DNA of 64,000 nt from Octopus bimaculoides (Eukaryota): positions 107,155,557 to 107,219,556 of the forward strand of contig NC_068982.1 of NCBI RefSeq assembly GCF_001194135.2, given 5' to 3'. Under the pieces are notes generated by a model. That model did no database searches and had not been told where the DNA came from. It was given only the letters and a program-made list of their open reading frames with translations. This document shows, in pieces, positions 1 through 12,225 of the stretch; the stretch's first letter is position 1; every line of letters begins with the position of its first letter. The position numbers and the translations under genes were made by a program.

Positions 1-125
1 GAATCGGTCATTCTGCAAAGTATGAGCTGGGGAAGACATCTGGTGAGAATGAATTATAATGGACTTCCTAAGCAACTTTTGTATGGTGAGCTGGAAGATC
101 GTAAAAGGCCACCGCATAAACCCGA
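1..125 (+). mobile_element. RTE-clade LINE, C-terminal ORF fragment (cut by window edge)
   Basis: Manual translation from 28: WGRHLVRMNYNGLPKQLLYGELEDRKRPPHKP, matching the RWxGHLVRM..RLPKQLLYGEL..GKR..GRP motif typical of RTE ORF C-termini. Confidence 0.7.
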
Positions 126-126
126 A

Positions 127-957
127 ACCATTACACTTTGAAGGCTATGCGTTTACAATTCAGTAACAGGAGATTGCCACAAAGTACCTGGTAAACAAGA
201 GAGACAGTGACGCTCTTGTAATCCCAAGGTGCAACTGCATGCGTAGGCTATGTCATGTTTCTGTGGAAGACATTACGCATGTTATTAGCAGCTGTCCTAA
301 AATGTCGTCACGGTACTACCTCCCTATGCGGCACGATGTTGCTGATAAAACAATTTACAATGCTATCTGCAAAAAAAAAAAAAGCCGTTCTGAAATAAAC
401 TTAGAAAATCCCTCTGTTATGGAATACATTCATAGACTCTAACTCAAGGAATACTGGTGGAATATTTCCATCAAAACTTCTGTTAAATGTAAGCATAGCA
501 AACTGGATATTGTTGCTTGGTACAGAGGGGCAGAGGAATGTACCATCATAGAGGTTAGCTGCCCTGCAGATATAAATATCTCTTTGAAAATCGAAGAAAA
601 TGGGGATATCTATGGACAGCTGCTTCGAAACCTCCAGCTTCTATATCCAGACAATGAATTCATATTCATACCAATAATAATTGGAACACTAGGTTTTGTT
701 AGTAAATGCTTAAAGGAGAACTGGATAAACTGGGATTTTCAGAAAGAGAAATTGACCGGTTGATTCGTACATTAGAAGTCCAATCTGTGAGTAGAATAGT
801 AAAAATATGCAAGACTTTTCTCAAGTTCCAAATGTGAATTTGTCTGTGTTAACTACATCCCAAAGATGGAGCCTTGTATCTTTGTTGGAAACCGGCTCCC
901 TCCTCAGTGGAAGATGTATAATAATTTAAAAGAGACATACATACATACATACATACA
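127..957 (+). mobile_element. R4/Dong-clade non-LTR retrotransposon 3' fragment (CCHC knuckle + restriction-like endonuclease) with (ACAT)n tail
   Basis: HFEGYAFTIQ*QEIATKYL; CRLCHVSVEDITHVISSCPKMSSRYYLPMRHDVA; YWWNISIKTSVKCKHSKLDIV; IIEVSCPADINI; PIIIGTLG. Stops and frameshifts present. 3'UTR resembles that of the 34-35 kb copy and ends in ACAT repeats at ~936-956. Confidence 0.85.
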
Positions 958-1197
958 CCCACATATATGAAATAATTATTTGATAAAACTATAAAATATT
1001 TTTAAAAAAATGATACCTCTAAAATATTCATTATTAATTCACTAAAATCAACTTATGAATAATCAAAAATAAAAGTTCACACTTATTTGTTTATTTCTTT
1101 TTTCTTTTTAGTCACAGCCATATTTTGTCTGCAAAACATTGAATAAGTTACTTAAAAGGAGCCAACTCAGTATTTTATAATGATCAGAAATATTGAT

Positions 1198-1420
1198 TTA
1201 ACCCTTTCGTTACAATTTTTCTATCTAAATTACATTCCAATGTGTGTTAACTAAATTCTAAAATAATCGTAAATTCAGTCTGGTTTCGTAAAATAGTTAC
1301 TATGTTTTTATCAATGAATATATTAAAGTGCTTTTTTTTTCATAACTTAAAAGGTTCGTCTATAAATCTATTATGGATTTTGTTTCAAAACTACTTTACT
1401 TGCAGGTAAAACCTGTGCTA
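1198..1420. mobile_element. Possible single end of a TTAA-targeting (piggyBac-like) non-autonomous element
   Basis: TTAA-CCCTTTCGTTAC at 1198-1213 resembles a piggyBac-type terminus; no partner TIR found; right boundary is approximate. Confidence 0.25.
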
Positions 1421-1705
1421 TATAGTTATTTAAATTTTGTTTAAATATCATCGTAAAAAAATGAATTATGATTCAAAATATTTCATAGACTACTGAATCT
1501 CCATTATCATACTTTGTGGGGAAAATGCCTTAATTTAGTCCAGTTCATTCTCTTTGTTTATATTTTGCATAACGATTGTTCACCGACGTTATTATATGGA
1601 ACATTAGAACTGGAATAAATCAAAGTTGTAACAATGAGTAATGTTAGATGAATGAGAACGAAAACTTTCAGTTTTAGGTGTTCATTTGTTTTATTTTCAC
1701 GAATT

Positions 1706-2150
1706 TACACTGTCTCTCTTGTTTACCAGGTACTTTGTGGCAATCTCTTGTTACTGTATTGCAAACGCATAGCCTTCATAGTGTGATGTAATGTAAGGGT
1801 TTTGTGTCCAAGAGAGGCTGCGCTTAGTGTCAATTCTACTGTCTTCTTCAAGCTTCCGGGCAACATTACTGTTCCAAGAAAAGAGAATTAAGTTATGTTG
1901 ACTAGTACTGTTTATGGCAGAAAAAAGAAAATGATGTTCAAGAGAACACTAGAAGCGTGTCTGAGGAAGTGGTGAGTGTTTTAGAGGTAACAGTGACAGT
2001 TCTTTTCATAATCCAGCATTTTGACAGTCTGAACTGTGGTTACTTCCAAGATCGAGAATTTGCCGGCAGTTACTCTTCGTTGCTTACGTTGCTAACTTCC
2101 TGATGTACCGTTTATCATTCAAATTTTCCTTTACTTTGTCGTAAGATCTG
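1706..2150 (-). mobile_element. R4/Dong-clade LINE fragment, inverted relative to the 127-957 copy
   Basis: Minus strand reads RKLEEDSRIDTKRSLSWTQNPYITSHYEGYAFAIQ*QEIATKYLVNKRDS; ~80 nt overlap with 128-211 at about 4 substitutions plus one small indel. Confidence 0.75.
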
Positions 2151-2192
2151 GTCTCTTATAGAGTCCCAGAACAAATCTTATCGGAGAGATCT

Positions 2193-2273
2193 GTGATGAC
2201 GTCATCACTCAAAAATCCAGGATGTGTTTCTTGTAATTTGATTGGCCAGATTTTCGCTGACGTAATCACTCAA
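2193..2273. promoter_or_regulatory. CRE palindrome / CCAAT / CRE-like motif cluster
   Basis: Perfect 16-bp palindrome GTGATGACGTCATCAC (2193-2208), ATTGG (CCAAT box) at 2241-2245, second TGACGTAATCACTCAA at 2258-2273. Could equally be transposon subterminal motifs. Confidence 0.3.
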
Positions 2274-2636
2274 TTTGAAAGATCCTATTTGTTCCTTTAC
2301 GCACACATTTCCAGAGAAAGCAGGAGAGCTTGAAATTTAGGTAGAGACCTGCTATAAGTAAGTAATAATTAGGTGCAGTTTCTAAAAATTTTCGAGAAAA
2401 AGCAATGTAATTAAAAATTTTTCCGCCCGTTGTTTTAAGAATATTTATATATGCTGTAATATGTGTATTTACAGAATGAAGTGTAGCGTTGTAACATAGG
2501 AAGACCTAAAGACAGGGATTTGTTTGGTGTGAGAGGCGGCGTGAGGTTTTGCCTACTTAGAGAGACTGGTTGGTGGGATAGGTGATAGTATGATGGACTG
2601 GCACAATGTGAGTTAACCAATCGCATTCGAGTTTAG

Positions 2637-2639
<3 letters not shown>

Positions 2640-2702
<63 letters not shown>

Positions 2703-2940
2703 NNNNNNNNNNNNNNNNNNNNNNNNNNNNNNNNNNNNNNNNNNNNNNNNNNNNNNNNNNNNNNNNNNNNNNNNNNNNNNNNNNNNNNNNNNNNNNNNNN
2801 NNNNNNNNNNNNNNNNNNNNNNNNNNNNNNNNNNNNNNNNNNNNNNNNNNNNNNNNNNNNNNNNNNNNNNNNNNNNNNNNNNNNNNNNNNNNNNNNNNNN
2901 NNNNNNNNNNNNNNNNNNNNNNNNNNNNNNNNNNNNNNNN

Positions 2941-2968
<28 letters not shown>
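2640..2968. repeat. (CA)n and (TA)n microsatellites flanking an assembly gap
   Basis: Direct reading; N-run ~2703-2939. Confidence 0.95.
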
Positions 2969-2972
<4 letters not shown>

Positions 2973-2984
2973 GTCTTCTATTTT

Positions 2985-3170
2985 TTTGTCTTTTACTTGT
3001 TTCACTCATTCGATTGCGGCCATGTTGGAGCACCGCCTTGCGGAGTTTTTAGTCAAACGAATCGACCGAATCTCTAAGTGATGGGCACGTAAACAAAATA
3101 GCACCGATTGCCAAGTAGTGGTAGCGAACGAACACCGACAAAAAGGCACACACACACGCACATATATGGT
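2985..3170 (-). mobile_element. SINE family B, 3' half
   Basis: TTTACTTGTTTCACTCATTCGATTGCGGCCATGTTGGAGCACCGCC motif shared with copies at 5.8, 24.3, 26.1, 43.1 and 48.1 kb. Confidence 0.75.
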
Positions 3171-3761
3171 GGGCTACAACACTGTAAATTTACTTTTTTA
3201 CTTAAATTTTACGGTAAAATAAATTAGCAATTTATATTTAGTTCAAAATAACTAATTTGCTCATATTGTTAATACTTTCACATGAGAGTATTAACGGTAG
3301 GAGCAAATTATTATATCAGGATGATTTGTACAGTTTACTCTTTTACTTCTACATAATGTTGCACTAATAAAACTTAGCTTTAATGGTTTATATTTAATCT
3401 TGCTTTCCAATCTACGAATATTGGCTGTTAAAGGAACATCGTAAAAATTCTTTAAATTCAGCTTCACACTCCAAAATTTTCTTTTTCCATATTTGTATGC
3501 GTATTTTTGAATGCATGATATAATGGTTTTTAAACGCTATGCTTTAATGAGAATCTAAAAATAGCATTTAAGGTTTTAAAAGATTTGTCATGAAGATGCG
3601 TTGTCACCAATGTTGTGAGGTGCTTGTTTACCAATGTCGTGATGGTTGCTTGTTTGTGTGTGTTATACTGTTAAAGTCCATTGTCATGTGGTCTAGCTCG
3701 CTGCTGTATAAAATAAACGAGTTAACTCACGACCTTTTAACTTTTAACATATTTAATGCAG

Positions 3762-3864
3762 GACATGATCTACTGCGTTGGCTGTTAACAAAACAAGAAG
3801 CTGATTATATAAACTCCGACTGGGAAAAGAGAACTGCACTGTATCTTGCAGCAGGCTAGCTGTG
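3762..3864 (+). pseudogene. Ankyrin-repeat exon-like segment, probably disrupted
   Basis: After acceptor tttaatgcAG (3760-3761) reads (G)HDLLRWLLTKQEADYINSDWEKRTALYLAAG*, fitting ANK consensus GH..lv.LL..gAd.n..d..g.TALhlAA. In-frame TAG (3857-3859) lies before the nearest GT donor (3865). Confidence 0.5.
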
Positions 3865-4974
3865 GTACATCATGCCTAAGTGTCCGAAGTCATTTCGTGC
3901 TCAGGCTGGTCTGTCTGAGTATCCAAGGTGGTCTGGTCTTAGCGGTCAGCTTTCTGTGATTACTCAAGTGGTGGTCTACGAGAGTACCCGAGGCCGTCTG
4001 GCTTAGCGATCTGCTGAGGCTATATGGCGGATTTAGGCACCAAATAGTTTTTAAAGGGTGAAAATAGGACGAATTTTAGATCACCCGAAGAGCAATATAA
4101 CGTCACAGGCTCAAGCTGATTGGTCGATTTATAGATCAATCACGTGAAATTGTGGTGGCTCACTCGTGATCCTTAACTAAATATCTTTAATAAAACACAG
4201 TAACAAATTGTTTTCTTGAAATTAAGAAAGAATTTCAGCTTTAAAACATTCCATGCAAAGTGCACTAGCAATTTTACCATGAAGTCAAAAAGACTGAGAA
4301 TCGCTGATATAATATGTGTAGGTATATAAGGTGAATGAATATATATATGTATGTATGTATGTATGTATATCGAGAACAAATTTTTATCAGGCTTAATTGA
4401 TTAAAGATGTAACTTTGCACTTTGCTCTCATATATTGTATTTTACCTTTTCACCAACTTATTTCCAACGAGATGCCAGCAATCAAGTTGAAGTCAACTAA
4501 TCTGGACAAGGTTATAGTTGTGTCACCGCAATAGCCAAGCGACATATTTATTAATTAAATTTTAGTTTCTTTCTGCTAAGACGAAGCAATTTTTAATATT
4601 TAAAAGAAAGGCAAGTGATGTGACGCCCCAAGAGAGTTAATGATATGAAAGAAATGAAATAGTTTCTATGGAGAATTAAAAATGCTTCCTGGACTCGATT
4701 CACCAAAAGTTTACTTCTTCTGCAGCGTTCGTCATTGTATTCTTTAAATATTAAACTTACTTTCTTTTAATACAAAATATATCGCACAAATCGAAAATAG
4801 GAATGTTGTACTGGCAAATCAACTCAAGCCACAGGCAGTAATTTAATACCTTCGAGCCGAATAAAAGTAATTCTATCAATTTAATAGTTATTCAGTTATT
4901 TCTTCTGATTCCACTAATGTACGGCTTGGTAAAGTAGTGGTATCATCCATGACATTTTCAGGCATCACACAAAG

Positions 4975-5830
4975 TGGTAGTGTTGAGGCTCTGGAAGAAC
5001 GATTTCGATTTTTTTTTAGCCTGTGACAGGCAGATTTGGTGTTCAAGAACGCAGAAACGTATGCGTCTCACGATTTAGTGGCACTATTCACAACCCAATG
5101 TGTTCTCACGCAGTCATCTAGGTGGAGAATTTTCTCTCGGGATTATTGTCACAGCAGGAGATCTTCTCAAATCCAAGTGTGCTAGAGTGAGTTAAATATG
5201 ACTGCATGAATATATTTTATGCAACGCTGCTTCGTGCGATTGAATTCTAGCTTGACCAAGCATTACACTCTTCAGCATATGGTGTTTCAATATAAGAACG
5301 AACGTGTTCTTTTTCGGGTTGTTTAGAGCAGATTTGGTGTCCGTAGCTGACGATGAGAAAGAATGCAAATATATGTGAAAGCCCAATGTGTTTTCACATA
5401 TATCATTTAGTAGAAGAATTTTCTCCCGGAACTATTTCTACAGCAGGTCTTCCCATGTCCGAGTGTGGTTAATATTGCTTTACACAAATATATTTTACTC
5501 AAAGCTACTTCGTGCGACTTTATTTATTTGATTCAAGCTTGATGAAGCTTCATGCTCACTAGCAAACAAACTGTTCTAACATAAGAACGAATTCGTTCTT
5601 TTCGGGTTACGAAAGGCAGATTTAGCATTCGAAGCTGACAACACAAAAGAATGCAGAAAACCATGTGTCCTGCGATCATGTGTCATTCACAACCCCAGTG
5701 TATTTTTACTCATATTGTCTGGGAGGAAAATTTTCTCTCGGAACTATTTCCGCAGCAGAAGATCTTCTCAAGTTTAACTGTACTTGAGTGTGTTAAAATA
5801 ACTTTACATGAATATATATATTTTATCTCT
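4975..5830. repeat. Degenerate tandem array, about three copies of a ~290-310 bp unit
   Basis: Anchors recur: CCCAATGTGTT(C/T)TCAC at ~5094 and ~5381, CCCCAGTGTATTTTTAC at ~5693; AAGAACGA..GTTCTTTT(T)CGGGTT at ~5294 and ~5584; GAATTTTCTC(T/C)CGG at ~5127, ~5417 and ~5728. Confidence 0.8.
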
Positions 5831-6032
5831 TATTTGTTTGAGTTATTAGTCTGCAGCCATGCTGGGGCACTGCCTTGAAGAATTTTAGTCGAACGAATCG
5901 ATTCCAGTACTTACATTTCTAAACCTGGTACTTATTCTATCGTTCTGTTTTGCTGCTCCGTCAAGTTACGGGGATACAAACGCACCAACACCGGTTGTCA
6001 AGGGATGGTTGGGAACAAACATAGACATAAAG

Positions 6033-6108
<76 letters not shown>

Positions 6109-6232
6109 CGACTTACAAGGCTTTGATCAGCCCACGGTTGCAAGTAGAAGACATTTGCCCATGTGGTTCCCAACCACATGGGCAAGTGTCTTGTGATTGG
6201 AAAACAAACTCTTTTATCACAGCCACGCACGC
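5825..6232 (-). mobile_element. SINE family B, full-length, with internal (CA)n expansion
   Basis: tRNA-like head at ~6150-6232 (GTGGCTGTG..TGGTTGGGAACCACATGGGC), internal (CA)n 6033-6106, family-B tail at 5825-6030. Confidence 0.85.
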
Positions 6233-6444
6233 CTGTGTGTGTGAATGTGTGAGTGTGTATGTGTGTGTGTGTGACTGTGCATGTGTGTGTGTGTGTGTGT
6301 GTGTATACATGTTTATACGTATTGTGTACATATGTATGCATGTACATGAATATCAAATAGATGCTTGAACGAAATAAAAGTAAAAAGATGAGACAGAAGC
6401 ATGGAAAAAGCGAGTGAATGAGTGGGGGGAGAAAAGACAGAACT

Positions 6445-6467
6445 GTAGTAGTAGTAGTAGTAGCAGT

Positions 6468-6511
<44 letters not shown>

Positions 6512-6546
6512 TAGTAGGAGGAGGAGGAGGAGGAGGAAGAGGAGGT
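6445..6546. repeat. Compound trinucleotide repeat (GTA)n(GCA)n(GTA)n(GGA)n
   Basis: Direct reading; source of the poly-P/T/A ORF 5961-6593. Confidence 0.95.
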
Positions 6547-7133
6547 TGAAAATCTACAGAAAGAAGGGAGGTTAGCAGAGTAGATTTATTCACGTATTAA
6601 CTAGCAGGTAGTTTTCATTTTAAGCAGTCATAGATCGTCAAAGATAATTGAAACAGATTTTTTTCAGATAAAGGGAAAGGGCAAGGGAAGAATGTATTCT
6701 CTCTTTTAATGGTAATTCAAACAATACGGTAGGGAGTTACGTCATAACCTGCTGTAGTCAGGGGACGATTTCAGTCTCCAGCTTATAAAACTTTTCTAAC
6801 TGCTTGCTTCTCAAAGGAGTAATTCGAATAAATGCATGCTTAAGCTAAGTGATGAGAAATAGATATATTAAGAAATTAATGGATAGATGAAAGATAGAAA
6901 GATAACGATTAAGACTTAGCAATTAATACGGAGTGATGACATCTAGTTTGAAGAGTGGTGTATGTGCGACTACACGTAAGAGTATTTGAGTGTGTGTGCG
7001 TGTATGCTTGTAAATGTGTGCGACAATTGAGATTGAGAGTATTAATATAATTAAGGTGAGTATACGTGCATTGGCACTTGCGCGAAGAATCACACATGGG
7101 CACCTGCGTGTTTGTGTGAAAGCTTATATATAT

Positions 7134-7168
<35 letters not shown>

Positions 7169-8194
7169 NNNNNNNNNNNNNNNNNNNNNNNNNNNNNNNN
7201 NNNNNNNNNNNNNNNNNNNNNNNNNNNNNNNNNNNNNNNNNNNNNNNNNNNNNNNNNNNNNNNNNNNNNNNNNNNNNNNNNNNNNNNNNNNNNNNNNNNN
7301 NNNNNNNNNNNNNNNNNNNNNNNNNNNNNNNNNNNNNNNNNNNNNNNNNNNNNNNNNNNNNNNNNNNNNNNNNNNNNNNNNNNNNNNNNNNNNNNNNNNN
7401 NNNNNNNNNNNNNNNNNNNNNNNNNNNNNNNNNNNNNNNNNNNNNNNNNNNNNNNNNNNNNNNNNNNNNNNNNNNNNNNNNNNNNNNNNNNNNNNNNNNN
7501 NNNNNNNNNNNNNNNNNNNNNNNNNNNNNNNNNNNNNNNNNNNNNNNNNNNNNNNNNNNNNNNNNNNNNNNNNNNNNNNNNNNNNNNNNNNNNNNNNNNN
7601 NNNNNNNNNNNNNNNNNNNNNNNNNNNNNNNNNNNNNNNNNNNNNNNNNNNNNNNNNNNNNNNNNNNNNNNNNNNNNNNNNNNNNNNNNNNNNNNNNNNN
7701 NNNNNNNNNNNNNNNNNNNNNNNNNNNNNNNNNNNNNNNNNNNNNNNNNNNNNNNNNNNNNNNNNNNNNNNNNNNNNNNNNNNNNNNNNNNNNNNNNNNN
7801 NNNNNNNNNNNNNNNNNNNNNNNNNNNNNNNNNNNNNNNNNNNNNNNNNNNNNNNNNNNNNNNNNNNNNNNNNNNNNNNNNNNNNNNNNNNNNNNNNNNN
7901 NNNNNNNNNNNNNNNNNNNNNNNNNNNNNNNNNNNNNNNNNNNNNNNNNNNNNNNNNNNNNNNNNNNNNNNNNNNNNNNNNNNNNNNNNNNNNNNNNNNN
8001 NNNNNNNNNNNNNNNNNNNNNNNNNNNNNNNNNNNNNNNNNNNNNNNNNNNNNNNNNNNNNNNNNNNNNNNNNNNNNNNNNNNNNNNNNNNNNNNNNNNN
8101 NNNNNNNNNNNNNNNNNNNNNNNNNNNNNNNNNNNNNNNNNNTTACATTTATAATATGTGTTTGTAATTATATCTCTTTATAAGAGCGGTATGT

Positions 8195-8876
8195 GAGGAA
8201 GGAGAGTGAGAGAGAAAGAGAGAGGGAGAGAGAGAGAGGGAGAGAGAGAGGGAGAGAAAGAGGGAGAGAGTGAGAAAGAGAGAGAGCGGGAGAGATTGTT
8301 TGGTTCTCTTAGTATTTTTTAAATTGCTTTTTCTTTTATTTATAATCTGCATTTGATCAAAGCGCTAACACTTAACATTTATGAACTATACCTACCTACC
8401 AACCTACCTACCTACCTACCTACCTACCTACCTACATACATACATACATACATACATACATACGTATATACGTACATACATACATACATACACACACACA
8501 ATATATATATATATATACATGTTACATATGTATATGTATATACATATATTAATGTGTGTGTATGTGTATATATATAAACATACACACACCTATATATATA
8601 TATATCCACACATTTACGCACATTTATATATTCAAGTACACATACACACACGTACACACACACACATACGCATACACACGCACACACGAGTTCAGAAGAA
8701 ATTTTAAGTGTTGCCGCTTGATCAAATGCAAATTTAAAATGAAAAGGAAATACTAAAAGAACCAGACGAGACATTCTCTCTCTATCTGTATCTCTCTCTC
8801 ACTGTCTCTCTCTCTCTCTTACTCGTTACATTATATATCCATTTATCCATACATATACATACATATGTGCATGCAT

Positions 8877-8943
<67 letters not shown>

Positions 8944-9003
8944 TACATACATACATACATACATACATACATACATACATACATACATACATACATGCAT
9001 CAT
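8195..9003. repeat. Compound microsatellite block (GA, ACCT, ACAT, TA, CA)
   Basis: Direct reading. Confidence 0.9.
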
Positions 9004-9014
9004 GCACACGCATA

Positions 9015-9791
9015 CAGGTTCTAGTTCAAAACGGGGGCACCAGTTTTCATTTATATTTTATGTAGTGTTTTTGGTACCGAAAGACTTTCAAACTTCGTAT
9101 ACTTATCTATTTTGTGTTATAGAACAGAACAAAATTTTTGTATTCGAAGTTATTTCATGTAAAAAATTGTCTTATTTCGATAATTTCAACCAATCACTGA
9201 CAAGTATTCAGCTGTTTGCAGTTACTCCTTTGGCAGTTTAAGCGGTGTAAAGCATATTTAATCTCCATTACTTCTGACATTTTGCAGAGAGGCAACACAC
9301 GTGTGTTCGTTTTCCTTCGTTTTATCTTTAATATAATTTCNNNNNNNNNNNNNNNNNNNNNNNNNNNNNNNNNNNNNNNNNNNNNNNNNNNNNNNNNNNN
9401 NNNNNNNNNNNNNNNNNNNNNNNNNNNNNNNNNNNNNNNNNNNNNNNNNNNNNNNNNNNNNNNNGCCTATAATAGAAAGGTTTATTAGCTACTGCCAATG
9501 TGCTTCAGCCATTTTTTGACAAGGAAATAATAATTTTATCACCGCCAGAATCGTTTGAGAATCGTTTGTTTACGTAGTCAGCACTTACTGTATTCGGCTG
9601 AATGGACGTCAGTCATTGGTTGAAATTACAGAAATGCGACAACTTTAACATGAAATAAGTTGCAATATAATAATTTTTCTTAAGAAGACTAAGAGAAAAA
9701 GATGTTTTATATGACACATTCTACCAGTGTCCCAAGTTTCAAAGTGTTTCGTTAAGAAAATACTGGCGCCCCCGTTTTGAACTAGATCCCG
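9015..9791. mobile_element. Tc1/mariner-type MITE, ~780 bp (contains a gap)
   Basis: ~30-bp TIRs: CAGGTTCTAGTTCAAAACGGGGGCACCAGT (9015-9044) and ACTGGCGCCCCCGTTTTGAACTAGATCCCG (9762-9791); TA on the left, CA (decayed TA) on the right. Confidence 0.8.
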
Positions 9792-9864
9792 CATACACAC
9801 ACACACATATATATATACATGTAGACAGCTATGTATACACACATATATACATATATGCATATAA

Positions 9865-10121
9865 CAGGCTTCCGCCCAGTTTCCGGTTGATAAGTTTCAC
9901 CAACAAGTTATTGATCTACCCATGGTGACAAAAGAAGACACTTGCCCAAGAGGTTGAAAAATTAGATTGAAACCAGAACTATGAACCACGTGGTTCTCAA
10001 CCAGATGGCTATGGCTGCCCCCAAGGTTACAACAGAAGACGCTGGCCAAAAGGATGCACAATTAGATTGAAACCAGAGCTACGAACCACGTGGTTCTCAA
10101 CTAGATAGCTATAGTTGCCCC
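9865..10121 (-). mobile_element. SINE family B head region with ~101-bp internal tandem duplication
   Basis: AGAAGAC(A/G)CT(T/G)GCC..ATTAGATTGAAACCAGA(A/G)CTA(T/C)GAACCACGTGGTTCTCAAC occurs from 9933 and again from 10034. Confidence 0.7.
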
Positions 10122-10159
10122 TATGTCATAATCCAAAATATTTAGATTCACACTAATCA

Positions 10160-10420
10160 TTATGTGACTGTATAAATCTTTCGACAGCACTCTCGTAGTT
10201 GAACTTAATGTTTGGGGAAATGAATGCAGCATCTTATTACTATAAAATGAACGATGGAATGCTTGAAAAGCTGTGTGAATAGGGTGAACGTGGGTGGATA
10301 TTGGAACCAACATTGTATTGTTATTTGTTCCTTTGTGACTCAGCCAACAATCTTGCAGCTGAAACCGAAATCATATCAGTTGATGATATGGGAATACTAT
10401 GCAAAAGGAATACTCTATAG
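10160..10420 (+). mobile_element. Highly decayed LINE reverse-transcriptase relic
   Basis: *LYKSFDS (cf. DLxKAFDS) followed by RGWILEPTLYCYLFLCDSANNLAAETEIISVDD (cf. QGSILGPTLF..IND......ADD), across a frameshift and stops. Confidence 0.45.
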
Positions 10421-12124
10421 GTGTTTCTTTCTATCTTGTCATTGTATGCCTACTGTCATCTTTTTCACAAAACTGGAGTAGCTATAGCTACTGCTAGCGT
10501 CTACGACTGTAAAAATAAAAATACGAAAACATATAATTTATGCAATAGATAATTTATTTGAAATTCACGTAAAGATTTTGAAATATCTACAATGCTAAGA
10601 AACAACTTAAATTTCTCTATGACGGAGAGAGAGTGAATAAATATTGAATCCTAATAGTAGGATATTGTATTCTAAACCGAAAGTATTTTCTTCAAGGAAT
10701 GAGTATTTCAGATATTGGCGTTCATAGATGTTTATCACAGAATGAATATTATTCAAACTTACGATAATAGTTTGTGCGAGTTTCCCAACAGTTAGTGAAA
10801 TGGTCGCCTACAATCTATTCCACTGCAGTAAAATCAGAGGCATTTTCTTTCTTGTGTATGCAATAAATTATTTTATACACCCATATCTCAGACAAAAAAA
10901 ATGATGTTAAAGCTTTGATGAAAATAAACACTAGCTTTGAAGCATATTGTCTGGATCGAAGTTTCTATCATATATTTAGCGGGTGTGATCGTGTAATTGC
11001 ATTGAGAGTGGGTTACAAATAGACAGGAATATGTTTGTCATGTATTTTGAGAGGAGTTGTGAAAAAGGGAAGCGAATGTGTCTTCGTTTAAAGGAGTGCT
11101 ACTGATTATAGAACCAGTTAGAGAATTGTTCTAGGGAATTATGTTATGACGAACACCACTAAGTCTTAAATAGTCTATAAGTATAATGATATCCTATTAA
11201 TTATGAGTTCTGATGGCACATTATTTAGAAGAGTGAACTCTTAAAGAAGCATACAGAGAGGGATGATATTTCCTTCCATAACTATAAAACAAAAATATCT
11301 TAACAGAGTTAAAGAGAGACGATTTAATATGTGTGTATATATGTATAAGCAGAATAAGCAGTGTGTTTGGCTTCTACCAGTGACCGCTACATTACATTAC
11401 TCTTTTCCAATCTTAAGAGAGAAAGAAGAAATAAAAATATTATAAATAAATGAGAAAAAAAAATGTTAAGATCCCAAAGTACGACGGGAAAAGTAGGTTT
11501 TGCACTTTACGTGAATAGTACAACATAATTTGTAGTTACCTAGAACTCGGGGCGAGATATAATCTTATAATTTATGTCATTTCATACAACATTGAACAAT
11601 GCTAAGGTATGATGCAAGTGTCGAAAATATATACCGTACGTTCACACCTTTCAATCCAGATGAAATACTCCCAGCCAAACCACAACAAATGCAAGAACTA
11701 CACACATGAAATTACTGTGTTTAGACGAAAATATATCAAATATATGATTTTGAAAGTTAGCAACTCAGTTATCCAATTAGCTATCCAGACCTTGGTTGAA
11801 TATTCCACAAAATCAGTGAAAAGGAGGCATTGACTGGCAATTGGTACATAATCTGCAATTTCGAATTTATGTTTACATATAAATATTCGTACATTTGGTG
11901 TTGTATTTCTAAACAAAAACAAAAAACGAACATATATTTAATGCATGTTTCGGTAATCTACTCTGTAAACTGAATAGAAAGAAGTAAAACTATTTAGAGC
12001 TTAACTTTAAATAGTTCTTGGCTAAACTTTATTTTGATAACTTTGTTTCTAAGGTGTTGGCCAATTCCTTTATAGGAGACATTTGAATAGAAGAAAAAGA
12101 GAACATACACACAAAGAAACACAG

Positions 12125-12141
12125 CTACATATATATATATA

Positions 12142-12184
<43 letters not shown>

Positions 12185-12189
12185 ATATA

Positions 12190-12225
<36 letters not shown>

